From a virus (lineage: Duplodnaviria; Caudoviricetes): a stretch of 61,594 bases of DNA. Made by a program: the position numbers and the translations under genes. The stretch's first letter is position 1, and every line of letters begins with the position of its first letter. Shown here piece after piece: positions 20,699 through 30,250 of the stretch. The notes below the pieces were generated by a model, which saw only the letters and a list, made by a program, of their open reading frames with translations, was not told the DNA's origin and did not search any database. The stretch covers positions 1-61,594 of IMG/VR virus record IMGVR_UViG_3300021335_001614. One strand, given 5' to 3'.

Positions 20699-21030
20699 TT
20701 ATAATCACCTTTTTCTATCTGCTTTAATTCTTCTTCACGTATTTTATTCAATAATCTACGTCTATGGTCTTCGTGGAAGATGTCATCTGGCATATTAGCA
20801 AGTTTATATTCCTTGCAATATCTGTTTATGCCTCTTGTAACCATAGGCGACAATATTGAATCAGGATCAAAAGAAGATCCTCCTCTATGCATATCAGCCA
20901 TTTTAGCAACAGTAGGGTAATAATCTTTCCTATAAAACATAGGATCATTTCGCATGAATACTAAAGCATCTTCTACTAAATCAAAATCTATGTTCTTTTT
21001 TAAATTTATTCCTAATTCATTTAATTTCAT
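20695..21030 (-). CDS. hypothetical protein
   Basis: ORF overlapping the next gene's start. Confidence 0.65.
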   Translation of the reverse strand: MKLNELGINLKKNIDFDLVEDALVFMRNDPMFYRKDYYPTVAKMADMHRGGSSFDPDSILSPMVTRGINRYCKEYKLANMPDDIFHEDHRRRLLNKIREEELKQIEKGDYK

Positions 21031-21033
21031 TTT

Positions 21034-21090
21034 TTATGCCCATGCTTTACAAGACCAATATTTAGCACTGGTTTTTGGTCCAGGTATCAA
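21034..21090 (-). pseudogene. possible gene remnant (LIPGPKTSAKYWSCKAWA*)
   Basis: The short intergenic gap reads as a C-terminal PGPKT.A.YWSC..W motif followed by a stop. Confidence 0.45.
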
Positions 21091-21476
21091 TGATTTAATA
21101 AAATAGATTTTACAGTTCCATCAGTCCAATTAGATACCTTAATCCTTACCCAAACAAAGTTACCTGTAAAATTATATATAAAACTTCCATTTCTACTATT
21201 GTCATCACTTATAACTGATTCATGTGTTGTTAATGGTAAAGTAACCCAATCTTCGTCTGTAGGAGTTGATGTTAATGTTCCTTGTACAACTATGGAACCT
21301 AATAATCCAGTTAGATTATACTGAACAGTATGAAATCCATCTGATCGGCCGTAATAACCATCACCTTTTAATTTATCAGAAATGTTTTGTTGTACACTAC
21401 TATCTCCAGGATGTGTTAATTGTACAACTTGTGTTGATTCTACTGTAAAATTAAATGTTTCACTTGAGTTTGCCAT
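21087..21476 (-). CDS. hypothetical beta-rich protein (possibly virion)
   Basis: YNFTGNFVWVRI; TAAATA immediately upstream. Confidence 0.65.
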   Translation of the reverse strand: MANSSETFNFTVESTQVVQLTHPGDSSVQQNISDKLKGDGYYGRSDGFHTVQYNLTGLLGSIVVQGTLTSTPTDEDWVTLPLTTHESVISDDNSRNGSFIYNFTGNFVWVRIKVSNWTDGTVKSILLNH

Positions 21477-21480
21477 ATAA

Positions 21481-22194
21481 TTATTTATCTAAATCTTTGC
21501 GATAAACAAGCTCGTCAGTACGTCCTAGACTATTTCCTGCCATTAAAGTTACAAGTGTTAAGACAGATTTATCACGTACATACATCATACATCCCTCTAG
21601 TCCATAACCTTTTTCCATATATTCTAATGTGCTTGCAGATACTTTTACTTTATCAGTGTTGTTCTTACACCATTTACCAAAACTAGGAATACCTTTGTTA
21701 CTGTTAAATTTAACCTTCCATTTGTATTCCGGAGGCTTGTCAACAAGGATAATATGACCATTCGCTAACAATGCCTCGACATATTTAGGATCTGGTTGAT
21801 GGAATTCTTGAGCACATTCGATTCTAGTAGCCATTTCTAATAACCATGCTTTATCATTTGCGTAAAACTTACCAGTATATGGCCAATCTATCCTAATCTT
21901 AAATTCTCTACTAACTAATTTTTCAGTAAGACATTTATAAATTGTTTGTGCATCCCTAAAATGACGATATTTAATTTTGCCGTTGCTAATATCGTCACGT
22001 ATATGATGCGGTATATCTGAGGTTAATCTATGCTTATCTTCAAAGTAAAGGCGAAGCCCGTCGAGTATTCTCATTGCCCAAGCAGGACCACTTGATTGGC
22101 AGTTACGAAAAATTACCAGTAAAGGATTTTGGCATTTCAGCGCATAAAGATATTCATTATAAAATAACTTATTTGTCTCAATGTGCTGCAACAT
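21481..22194 (-). CDS. hypothetical protein
   Basis: Overlaps the clpA stop. Confidence 0.7.
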   Translation of the reverse strand: MLQHIETNKLFYNEYLYALKCQNPLLVIFRNCQSSGPAWAMRILDGLRLYFEDKHRLTSDIPHHIRDDISNGKIKYRHFRDAQTIYKCLTEKLVSREFKIRIDWPYTGKFYANDKAWLLEMATRIECAQEFHQPDPKYVEALLANGHIILVDKPPEYKWKVKFNSNKGIPSFGKWCKNNTDKVKVSASTLEYMEKGYGLEGCMMYVRDKSVLTLVTLMAGNSLGRTDELVYRKDLDK

Positions 22195-24415
22195 GCTCCT
22201 CCTCTACTGTAATATCAAACTCGTTATCTTTAATCACAATCTTACATTTCCCGCCATTTTTTAAACTACCAAACAACATTGCTTTACTAAGAGGTTTCTT
22301 GATTTCTCTATCAATAATTCTCTGCAACGGTCTTGCACCCATTTTGCTATCATACCCTTTTTCAACTAGCACATCTAATGCCTCATCATCTATTGAGATA
22401 GTGATGTTTTTATCTTTAATCTGTTCTCGTAAAGCAAATAAAAATTTGCCAACAATTTTCATCATAATTTCTTTGCTTAATTTGCCGAAAGTAACTACCC
22501 CATCTAATCGATTCCTAAACTCAGGAGCAAAAAAGTTTTTAAGCTCTGTATCGGAATATTCTTGATCAAATTCATTACCAAAACCTATTGTGTTTTTCTC
22601 TGCTTCTTCTGCACCAAGATTTGTTGTAAGGATTAAAATACAATTTCTTGCATCAGCTTCCTTACCGTGCGACCCTGTAATCCTTCCATTGTCCATAATT
22701 TGTAGTAAAATCTGCGATACATCCGGATGAGCTTTTTCTATCTCATCTAGTAATAAAACACAATTAGGATTTTCTTCTAATTTTGTAATAAGAAGGCCGT
22801 TATTCTCCTCGTAGCCTACATAGCCTGGAGGAGACCCGATTAGTTTTGCAACACTGTGCTTTTCTTGATACTCGCTCATGTCAAATCTTACAAGTTTTAC
22901 ACCTAAATGATTAGCGAGCTGTTTCGCAGTTTCTGTTTTACCAGTTCCTGTAGGACCCATAAACACAAAACTACCAATCGGCTTAGTTTCGTCTTTTAGC
23001 CCAGCCTGTGCAATAAGGATTTTATCGACTAAATCTTCAATAGCTTTATCTTGCCCGTAAACACTGTCTTTGATATTCTTTTCTAGATGTACAAGATTTT
23101 CAGTTTCTCTTTCTGCTACTTGTTCAGCTGGTAGATTAATCATTTTTGCAAGTTCAAATTGAATTGATTTATCGTCAATCTTTTTTTCAATTTCATCTTC
23201 TATAAGGTTAAATCTACTACAGGCAACGTCAATTAAATCTATAGCTTTATCTGGTAATTTCTTGTCATTTTGGTATTTTACACTTAGTTTGATTGCTGCT
23301 CCAATAGCTTCGTCAGTTATGATAACTTTGTGAAACTCTTCGTAATACTTTTTAATACCGTTAAGGATATCAACAGTGATTTCTGGTGACGGTTCGTCTA
23401 CAGTTACTCTTTGAAATCTACGCATTAATGCTCGGTCTTTTTCAAAATACTTTCTATACTCGTCCCATGTCGTACTAGCAACTACTTTAATATTTCCTTT
23501 ACTTAGAGCAGGTTTAAGCATGTTTGCTAGATCATTTGAATCTTTGCCACCCCCGGCACCTGCGCCATTAATCATGTGGGCTTCGTCAATGAAAAGGATT
23601 GTTTTGCCTTTGCTTTTCAAGCCTTGCAAGATTAGTTTTAATCTTTCCTCAAAATCGCCTCGGTATTTTGTGCCTGCTAACAATCCACTTATATCTAGAT
23701 TGTAAACTTGATATTCTTTCAAAAAATCAGGTACCTCATCATTTACAATTTTGTAAGCTAATCCTTCTATAATTGCTGTTTTGCCAACACCTGGATCACC
23801 TACTAGTATGATATTATTTTTTTGCCTACGGCCTAATGCAAGTGCTACTGATTCTAAAATGTCTGCTCTTCCTATTACAGGATCAATTTTGTTTTTTTCT
23901 GCCTCTTTATTTAGATTCACAGTAAATGATTTAAGTGCTTTTAATGCTTGGCTGCTGATTTCTTCTTCTTCTAGTTCAGGCTCAATTTCACTGTGCAAAT
24001 AATCAGTTAGTTGGTCTTTAGAAATACCATTCTTTTCTAAATAGAAAGCAGCCATTGATTTTTTTTCTGCAAGTATGCTTAGAATAATATCGGTTAAATC
24101 AATAGTAGACCTTCCGCTAAAGAGACACTGTGTAAAAGCCCTATTTAATACACGTTCAACCGATTGGGTTTTTTTTGGTTTATAACCTTCTTTGTCAGTT
24201 GTAATGTCTGCATATTCACTTTTTAAATATTTTTCAAGGCTAGATTTAATCGTATCTACATCGGCACCAAATCCTTTTAATATATTGTAAAGGTTTTCGC
24301 TGCACATAGCAGCAAAAAGTAAATGCTCTAATGTCACATACTCGTGGCTTAGGTTTTTTGCGTCTTTAACTGCTTTGTCAAAAACTAATTTTAACTCTTC
24401 GTTAGGTTCTACCAT
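22178..24415 (-). CDS. clpA: ATP-dependent Clp protease ATPase subunit ClpA
   Basis: Clp N domain (HEYVTLEHLL), two Walker A motifs (GDPGVGKT, GPTGTGKT), IGF loop, GARPL, no middle domain. Confidence 0.92.
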   Translation of the reverse strand: MVEPNEELKLVFDKAVKDAKNLSHEYVTLEHLLFAAMCSENLYNILKGFGADVDTIKSSLEKYLKSEYADITTDKEGYKPKKTQSVERVLNRAFTQCLFSGRSTIDLTDIILSILAEKKSMAAFYLEKNGISKDQLTDYLHSEIEPELEEEEISSQALKALKSFTVNLNKEAEKNKIDPVIGRADILESVALALGRRQKNNIILVGDPGVGKTAIIEGLAYKIVNDEVPDFLKEYQVYNLDISGLLAGTKYRGDFEERLKLILQGLKSKGKTILFIDEAHMINGAGAGGGKDSNDLANMLKPALSKGNIKVVASTTWDEYRKYFEKDRALMRRFQRVTVDEPSPEITVDILNGIKKYYEEFHKVIITDEAIGAAIKLSVKYQNDKKLPDKAIDLIDVACSRFNLIEDEIEKKIDDKSIQFELAKMINLPAEQVAERETENLVHLEKNIKDSVYGQDKAIEDLVDKILIAQAGLKDETKPIGSFVFMGPTGTGKTETAKQLANHLGVKLVRFDMSEYQEKHSVAKLIGSPPGYVGYEENNGLLITKLEENPNCVLLLDEIEKAHPDVSQILLQIMDNGRITGSHGKEADARNCILILTTNLGAEEAEKNTIGFGNEFDQEYSDTELKNFFAPEFRNRLDGVVTFGKLSKEIMMKIVGKFLFALREQIKDKNITISIDDEALDVLVEKGYDSKMGARPLQRIIDREIKKPLSKAMLFGSLKNGGKCKIVIKDNEFDITVEEEHVAAH

Positions 24416-24447
24416 TTTACATCCTGATTAAAAGATTATAGTTTATA

Positions 24448-25308
24448 TTAGCAAAATATTTTGTGGTGGTCAATCGATTTTTTTAAATTGCTAATTTGTT
24501 CTTTTGATAATTTTGGTATAATACACTTAACCTCAACAAAAAGATTACCTTTGCGTCGAGTATTCATGTCAGGTACTCCGTGCTCACTGATACTGAAAAC
24601 TGTATTAGGTCCTGTACCTGGTGGAATAGTAAGGTTAATTTTTTTATTTTCTGGAGATGTTATTTCTTTAGATATTCCTGTTATTAAGTCAAACGCTGAT
24701 ATTTCTTCAATGGTATAAATATCATTTCCCTCTCTTCTGAATTTAGGATGCGGTTGTATGTTAATGCTAATAATTAAATCTCCTCGAGGTAAATTAGGAA
24801 TACTATTATCTCCATAACCCTGGAATTTAATATTATCTCCTTGTCTAATGCCTGGAGGAATTTTAACATCTAAAACTTCAACTTTTCCGTTTAATAATTT
24901 ATAAGATAGTGTGTCAGTTTTTCCAGTAAATTGATGTTCAAATTTTATGGTCCAGTTTAATCTAATATCTTTATTTCTCCTGGATCTTTGGTTTGCAAAG
25001 CCGTGTCCAAATTGGTGACCAAACCCAAAGTGTCTTAGTATATCATCAAAATCAGCTCCTGCTCCTGATGTAAAATGGAAACCACCTTGGTTCATCTGTG
25101 CTTGCTGCGGATCAGTTGTACCAAACTGGTCATACATCTGTTTTTGCCGCGGATCAGATAATGCCTGGTAAGCTTCGTTTATCTGTTTAAACTTTTCAGG
25201 ATCGCCACCCTTGTCAGGATGGTTTTTCATTGCTTGTCTTTTATAAGCGGTTTTAAGTTCGTCTGCCGAGGCTGACCGCTTAACCCCGAGTAAATCGTAG
25301 TAGTCCAT
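24448..25308 (-). CDS. DnaJ-class co-chaperone (class B/CbpA-like, no zinc finger)
   Basis: J domain with HPD, G/F-rich linker, DnaJ C-terminal domain. Confidence 0.92.
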   Translation of the reverse strand: MDYYDLLGVKRSASADELKTAYKRQAMKNHPDKGGDPEKFKQINEAYQALSDPRQKQMYDQFGTTDPQQAQMNQGGFHFTSGAGADFDDILRHFGFGHQFGHGFANQRSRRNKDIRLNWTIKFEHQFTGKTDTLSYKLLNGKVEVLDVKIPPGIRQGDNIKFQGYGDNSIPNLPRGDLIISINIQPHPKFRREGNDIYTIEEISAFDLITGISKEITSPENKKINLTIPPGTGPNTVFSISEHGVPDMNTRRKGNLFVEVKCIIPKLSKEQISNLKKSIDHHKIFC

Positions 25309-25381
25309 AATACTACTTAGTTATAATTAAATACTACCTTTGCTAATTAGAAGTTTATAATGCCGTAGCTAAACACCAACA

Positions 25382-25780
25382 TTAACGTTTACTCCCTGTA
25401 TATAATCCAAACCAAGCAGCACCTGCCCCAACTACTATGCTTATAAGCCCAGATTGTTCTAGAGTAGGATTTGGTAATTCCATATACCATAGCACACTCT
25501 TATGTAATAATACAATATAGGTTAGGATAAAGATACGTGGAAAAATTCGCCAGCTGTCTACAGCATGGGCAAGATGTATCCATTTTGCAAAAGGATTTAC
25601 ACCAAGGTCTTTTGCTGTTGCATCTACTTCTAAATCTAATTTTACCCGTTTTGTTGCCCTTCCTTCAGAAGCAGGAACAGCAATTTCTTCGTCATATTTG
25701 TATTTGTCAAATCCTGTTTCAGTTTTATTTTCTACTATGTTTGTTTCCTCATCCTTCGAGAGGGGATGTGCCCTTGGCAT
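25382..25780 (-). CDS. 2-TM membrane protein, holin candidate
   Basis: Two hydrophobic helices; located downstream of the endolysin and spanins. Confidence 0.5.
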   Translation of the reverse strand: MPRAHPLSKDEETNIVENKTETGFDKYKYDEEIAVPASEGRATKRVKLDLEVDATAKDLGVNPFAKWIHLAHAVDSWRIFPRIFILTYIVLLHKSVLWYMELPNPTLEQSGLISIVVGAGAAWFGLYTGSKR

Positions 25781-26240
25781 CTTTGTTTACCTCCAATGGT
25801 TTTTTGTATGTTGATTGAGCTTTTGCTATCAGCTCCATTATCTGTTGCCCTTTTTCTATATCAGTATCTAAGTGTAGGTCTCTGTGTACAATTTTCTCTA
25901 ATTTGTGGTATTCAATTTTTTCATTTGGTACATATTGCCAGGTGTAACCTTTGTCCGTGTATCTACCAAATACAGTTTCTTTCATACCTATCTTAATAAT
26001 CATAGCATCGTGTCCGTCTAAGATGACTTGATCGCCCTCACGAAAGTTGCCACCATATTTAAACGCCATACCAGCCACAAGATTTTGTGCAAAATCTTTA
26101 AACCAAAATGCTGCTGCTATACTAATTAAGATTGCTATCCAAGGTACTATCATGTCAGTTAGATGCATGCCTAACATCTGAAAACTCTCAGAGTGTGTCA
26201 TACCTTGTACTTGTTGTGCTAAATCCATATTTGCCCCCAT
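25749..26240 (-). CDS. truncated MscS-family (mechanosensitive channel) domain protein
   Basis: TM helix followed by FKDFAQNLVAG...FREGDQVILDG...IIKIG...VPN. Confidence 0.7.
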   Translation of the reverse strand: MGANMDLAQQVQGMTHSESFQMLGMHLTDMIVPWIAILISIAAAFWFKDFAQNLVAGMAFKYGGNFREGDQVILDGHDAMIIKIGMKETVFGRYTDKGYTWQYVPNEKIEYHKLEKIVHRDLHLDTDIEKGQQIMELIAKAQSTYKKPLEVNKDAKGTSPLEG

Positions 26241-26295
26241 TACCGCCCTCGGGCGTACATAGTATTTAGCGGTACGAATGTTACATTAGATCTGG

Positions 26296-26727
26296 TTATT
26301 TTGTAACATTTTCGTAGTAGTTTTTATATTGTTTTATTATTTCGTTTTGTTTAATTATGTATGCACGGATTTGTGCAAAGTTTTTGCTTAGAGTTTCGTA
26401 ATTATCATCTGTCAAACCAAAAAGAACAACATCTGCATTTTTTTCTTTTAATTCTGCAAATACATCTGCGTAATTATCTTCGGTTATTAGTATCCAATTT
26501 ACTTTGCTCATTTCTACTGGGGCAGGTTTGTCTAAGTTGAGGGGAGTTTTTTCTATATATTTTGTTACTGTTTCTATTTTTTTAACAGGAGGAGGGGTTA
26601 TGTCTTTTGTACAACTGTTTACAAAAAACAATACGGGTAATATTAATGCAAATATTTTAATACTGTACGAATTTAGGATTCGCAATGCTAGTACATTCAG
26701 GATTGATCTGTGATTTTTTTGTTGCAT
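26296..26727 (-). CDS. o-spanin-like lipoprotein (Rz1-like)
   Basis: Hydrophobic stretch with lipobox VNSC, Pro-rich; overlaps the 3' end of the i-spanin-like gene. Confidence 0.6.
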   Translation of the reverse strand: MQQKNHRSILNVLALRILNSYSIKIFALILPVLFFVNSCTKDITPPPVKKIETVTKYIEKTPLNLDKPAPVEMSKVNWILITEDNYADVFAELKEKNADVVLFGLTDDNYETLSKNFAQIRAYIIKQNEIIKQYKNYYENVTK

Positions 26728-27169
26728 TTTTTTCTTCTTCTGTAAGTGGACTACCCATAGCTATCTCTACACATCTTAAGGCATTGGCACTTGCACGATT
26801 AACAATTTTTTCTATTGCTTTTGTTTTTTGTACAGCAAGATTACCAATGTCTCGCTTTTCTCCACTTGCATTAATCTTGTTAAATTTTGTGTCAAGTGCT
26901 GCATACTCTTTTACTAATTTTTGATTTACATTTTCTAGTTTTTTATTTGCTTCTGTAATGTCTTTAAAATCTTTTTGTAATTGGTCAAGCACTTCTTGCT
27001 GTTTACCTATTTCATTTTCTAACAATTGTGTGTTTGCTTCGGATGTTGCTAGGTTAGCTTTTGTTTGTTCTAAATTTACACGTAAATCTATTACATAATC
27101 ATATGCTGCAAATCCAGCAAGTAATACAAGTGCTATTAAGCCATATTTTATGCCAGCAAAAATACCCAT
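26657..27169 (-). CDS. i-spanin-like protein (Rz-like)
   Basis: N-terminal TM helix and long coiled coil, directly after the endolysin. Confidence 0.65.
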   Translation of the reverse strand: MGIFAGIKYGLIALVLLAGFAAYDYVIDLRVNLEQTKANLATSEANTQLLENEIGKQQEVLDQLQKDFKDITEANKKLENVNQKLVKEYAALDTKFNKINASGEKRDIGNLAVQKTKAIEKIVNRASANALRCVEIAMGSPLTEEEKNATKKSQINPECTSIANPKFVQY

Positions 27170-27171
27170 AA

Positions 27172-28023
27172 TCAGCCTAATAGTTTTTCAATTGTCTTAG
27201 GACCTACTATACCGTCTGGATAAAGTCCGTTATCTTCTTGCCAAATTTTTATTATTTCTTCAGTTCCTGGACCAAATATGCCATCTGCAGGTTTAATATC
27301 TAATCGTTCTTGTATTTCTGTGACTAATGCCCCCCTACTGCCTTTTTTAACAATTTGATTACGGTCAACACTGTGAGAATCAAGATCGCCTCCTAACACA
27401 TCTAATGCATGTTCCCAGTGCTTCTTGCGATCTTCCAAACCAATTGTACCGCCATTAATGCGTTTAGTCATACCCACGATATCTTGATCGTCACAATAAC
27501 GATTTATGTTGTTTGTGTCCCAAAACCAGCATGCACTATCTAAGGCACCTTTTTTTGTCCTTACATAGTTTACACTGTCATCTACAGTAATTCCCATTTC
27601 TTTTGCAAATGCTGTATAGTTATTACAACCTGTTAACTGCAGTATACCTCCGCCTCTATATTTCCAGCCGTCACCACTAGCCTCATCACCGTTACCCATG
27701 CGATCAGCGTAGATTACATTTGCAATACGTTCTGGTTGTCTATGATATTCTTGTGCATTTCTACCTGCACGGATGAAATATTTTGGAAAGATTCTATTAA
27801 GTGCGGCTGCTGAATAGTTTAGGTTTTCGGTGAGCACAGAAAAGTTACGAGATTCATGACCGCATTGTGCAATAAATCCTGCTACACGGTCAATTGTGTT
27901 TATTTCCCAAAGCGGCAAAATCTCACACATTGCATTATACCAATTATTCCATTCAATATTTCCATGTAATAATTCTTTAACCATTGGCGGTTCAAATGCA
28001 AATTTAAAATCGGATTTTGCCAT
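27172..28023 (-). CDS. endolysin: GH19 domain plus C-terminal peptidoglycan-binding domain
   Basis: FIAQCGHES, ENLNYS, DGWKYRGGGILQLTG, TKRINGG, DGIFGPGT...DGIVGPKT. Confidence 0.92.
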   Translation of the reverse strand: MAKSDFKFAFEPPMVKELLHGNIEWNNWYNAMCEILPLWEINTIDRVAGFIAQCGHESRNFSVLTENLNYSAAALNRIFPKYFIRAGRNAQEYHRQPERIANVIYADRMGNGDEASGDGWKYRGGGILQLTGCNNYTAFAKEMGITVDDSVNYVRTKKGALDSACWFWDTNNINRYCDDQDIVGMTKRINGGTIGLEDRKKHWEHALDVLGGDLDSHSVDRNQIVKKGSRGALVTEIQERLDIKPADGIFGPGTEEIIKIWQEDNGLYPDGIVGPKTIEKLLG

Positions 28024-28033
28024 TATGTTCTCC

Positions 28034-28750
28034 TTAAGAAATGCGTTCTACAACTAGTGTTTTTCCTTTGTTTTCTAACGTCAATTTATTACCATATTTG
28101 GTAATATTATAATCGCCTATATATTTTGATAGATATATAATTTCTGCAAAATCCCATGGATTAAAGCTTTCTGTTAATCTATCAAATACATCTTGTTTGT
28201 TGCCAAAATCTAAAAACCTTAGTTGTAATCGTTCTGAGTATGGTTTTTGTAATACAATAGTTTCACTTAACATTTCAATGTTATCACAATAGCTATTACT
28301 AAAGAAATGTTTGTAATTTTCCATTGTTGTTTGTTCTAGTTTTACACTGTAATCATCTGCACTTGTCGGTATTGTTTCTGTTAATGCTTCTAGTGTTGCT
28401 TCTTTGCTGTTGAAGTTTTTATAATAACGGAATTTTAAATTATTTACGCCGCTTATTTTTTTAACGCCATCAAGCATTTCGTATAGGTTTTCGCTTATAT
28501 GTCTATCTCTTTCAATCTCCACAAAAACTTTATAGTTTCCATCTTTTAATTCTCCTGCCGATACGTCTGCATCAAGTATAAAACTATACCCGTTTTCTAA
28601 AAATTTGACTAAATCATCTGCAGGGGCTTTATCTTTCATTGTAAAACTAACAACTACAATGTCTTGATCTTCTCCCATTTTACTACTGTATGAATCAACT
28701 TCAAAAATATCATACATCATATATTTTAAATCATGCTTATGTAGACTCAT
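28034..28750 (-). CDS. hypothetical protein
   Basis: Coupled to the upstream gene by a TAATG overlap. Confidence 0.7.
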   Translation of the reverse strand: MSLHKHDLKYMMYDIFEVDSYSSKMGEDQDIVVVSFTMKDKAPADDLVKFLENGYSFILDADVSAGELKDGNYKVFVEIERDRHISENLYEMLDGVKKISGVNNLKFRYYKNFNSKEATLEALTETIPTSADDYSVKLEQTTMENYKHFFSNSYCDNIEMLSETIVLQKPYSERLQLRFLDFGNKQDVFDRLTESFNPWDFAEIIYLSKYIGDYNITKYGNKLTLENKGKTLVVERIS

Positions 28751-29343
28751 TATACTGCTCCTGCTGGTGCTGCTCCAGCTTCAGGTGGTGCTGCTCCAGC
28801 TTCAGGTGGTGCTGCTCCGCCCATATCCATTCCTTCTGGCATTCCACCGGCTGCTAAATCATCAGCTGGCTGCTCAGTACCAGGTGCTGTTGCTTCTGTT
28901 GCAGGATCTGTTATCCAATCCCATTTTTCTTTGTAGCTACCATATATATCAGCTAATAATTTTTTAGGCATCATAATGCTTACAATCCAAATAGGACGAC
29001 GATCGAGTTTACCTTTCTTTGTACCTGGGCGCATGTCATCGGGTTTTCGTATTTTCCTAGGTTTAAGCATGTAAGTTTTTTGATAGCTAATTTTGCAATC
29101 ATAATCTAATAATCTTTTACCGCCCATAGGATCTGGCATCTTATTCCTATCCCAGAAAAATTTACATGTAACCCAATGTCTATCAATAATCGGCCCTTCG
29201 GCTAATTCACCATCTTCCCAATTGTCATATACATATAAGTCTAATTCATCTAATACACGCTCGAAATCTTTTAGGATTTGAAAACCTGTATTACTTTCAT
29301 ATATTCTTTCTACGTTTTTAATTACGTCATAAATGTCTTGCAT
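28750..29343 (-). CDS. hypothetical protein with Pro/Ala/Gly-rich tail
   Basis: 197 aa; TAAATA upstream. Confidence 0.7.
   Translation of the reverse strand: MQDIYDVIKNVERIYESNTGFQILKDFERVLDELDLYVYDNWEDGELAEGPIIDRHWVTCKFFWDRNKMPDPMGGKRLLDYDCKISYQKTYMLKPRKIRKPDDMRPGTKKGKLDRRPIWIVSIMMPKKLLADIYGSYKEKWDWITDPATEATAPGTEQPADDLAAGGMPEGMDMGGAAPPEAGAAPPEAGAAPAGAV
28765..28818. repeat. 21-bp coding tandem repeat (GAAPPEA, about 2.5 copies)
   Basis: tggtgctgctccagcttcagg repeated. Confidence 0.85.
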
Positions 29344-29487
29344 TTCAGATAATCCTATATTTATTACTTTTATTTATCGTATTTTAAGGTAAGTTTCGCT
29401 TTAAAAGATATAGCTAAATATTTGTGTAGGGCAGTAGCCTTACTGTTAAGGTTAAGCCCTATTTTTTATCCAACAAGGAGGAACTTA

Positions 29488-30210
29488 ATGGGTGCAAGAC
29501 GTTCGGCTCGTAAGCCGAGATATGAAGAAGCAACTAATAACGTTGTTGAATTTGATGCATATAAGAAAAAGCGTCAAGTTAGAGTCCTACCACGTAATAG
29601 AAATCAAGAAACTTACATGTTAAAATTGCTAGACAAAGATAAAGACATCGTCTTTGGAATAGGTCCAGCTGGTACAGGTAAAACATTATTAGCAGTACAA
29701 ATCGCTATAAAACTGTTTAAGGAAGGTGAGGTTGAAAAAATTATTGTTACTCGTCCTGCAGTTAGCGTCGATGAAGACTTAGGATTTTTACCAGGAACGC
29801 TAGAGCAAAAGATGGCTCCATGGACTAGACCTATATTCGATGTCATAAGAGAATATTTCACTGCCAGAGAAATAACTATGATGATCGACGAAGGCATTAT
29901 AGAAATAGCACCACTAGCATACATGCGAGGACGGACATTTAAGAACAGTTTTATTCTAGCAGATGAAATGCAGAATGCAACACCTAATCAAATGAAGATG
30001 TTATTAACACGCATTGGAGAGGGTTCTAAGATGGTTGTTACTGGTGATTTAGCACAAGCAGATAGACTTACAGACAATGGTTTAGTGTCATTCATAAAAC
30101 ATTTGTACACTCGTGATTTAACCCGGTTAGATATAGTAAACTTTGAGCATCGTGACATTGAACGCCACGAAGCAGTTAAAGAAGTATTAGCTATCTACGG
30201 AGACGAATAA
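29488..30210 (+). CDS. phoH: PhoH-family ATPase
   Basis: GPAGTGKT, LGFLPG, MRGRTF, DEMQN, TGDLAQ; AGGAGG RBS before the ATG at 29488. Confidence 0.95.
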   Translation: MGARRSARKPRYEEATNNVVEFDAYKKKRQVRVLPRNRNQETYMLKLLDKDKDIVFGIGPAGTGKTLLAVQIAIKLFKEGEVEKIIVTRPAVSVDEDLGFLPGTLEQKMAPWTRPIFDVIREYFTAREITMMIDEGIIEIAPLAYMRGRTFKNSFILADEMQNATPNQMKMLLTRIGEGSKMVVTGDLAQADRLTDNGLVSFIKHLYTRDLTRLDIVNFEHRDIERHEAVKEVLAIYGDE

Positions 30211-30224
30211 CCCATTACGTAAGG

Positions 30225-30245
30225 AAGGGGGTCGAAAGGCCCCTT
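30225..30245 (+). terminator. GC-rich hairpin with GAAA loop after phoH
   Basis: AAGGGGGTC-GAAA-GGCCCCTT; the U-tract is short. Confidence 0.55.
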
Positions 30246-30250
30246 AAACT

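Noticed and set aside
28765-28818. CRISPR-like repeat
   Set aside because: In-frame tandem coding repeat with no spacers.
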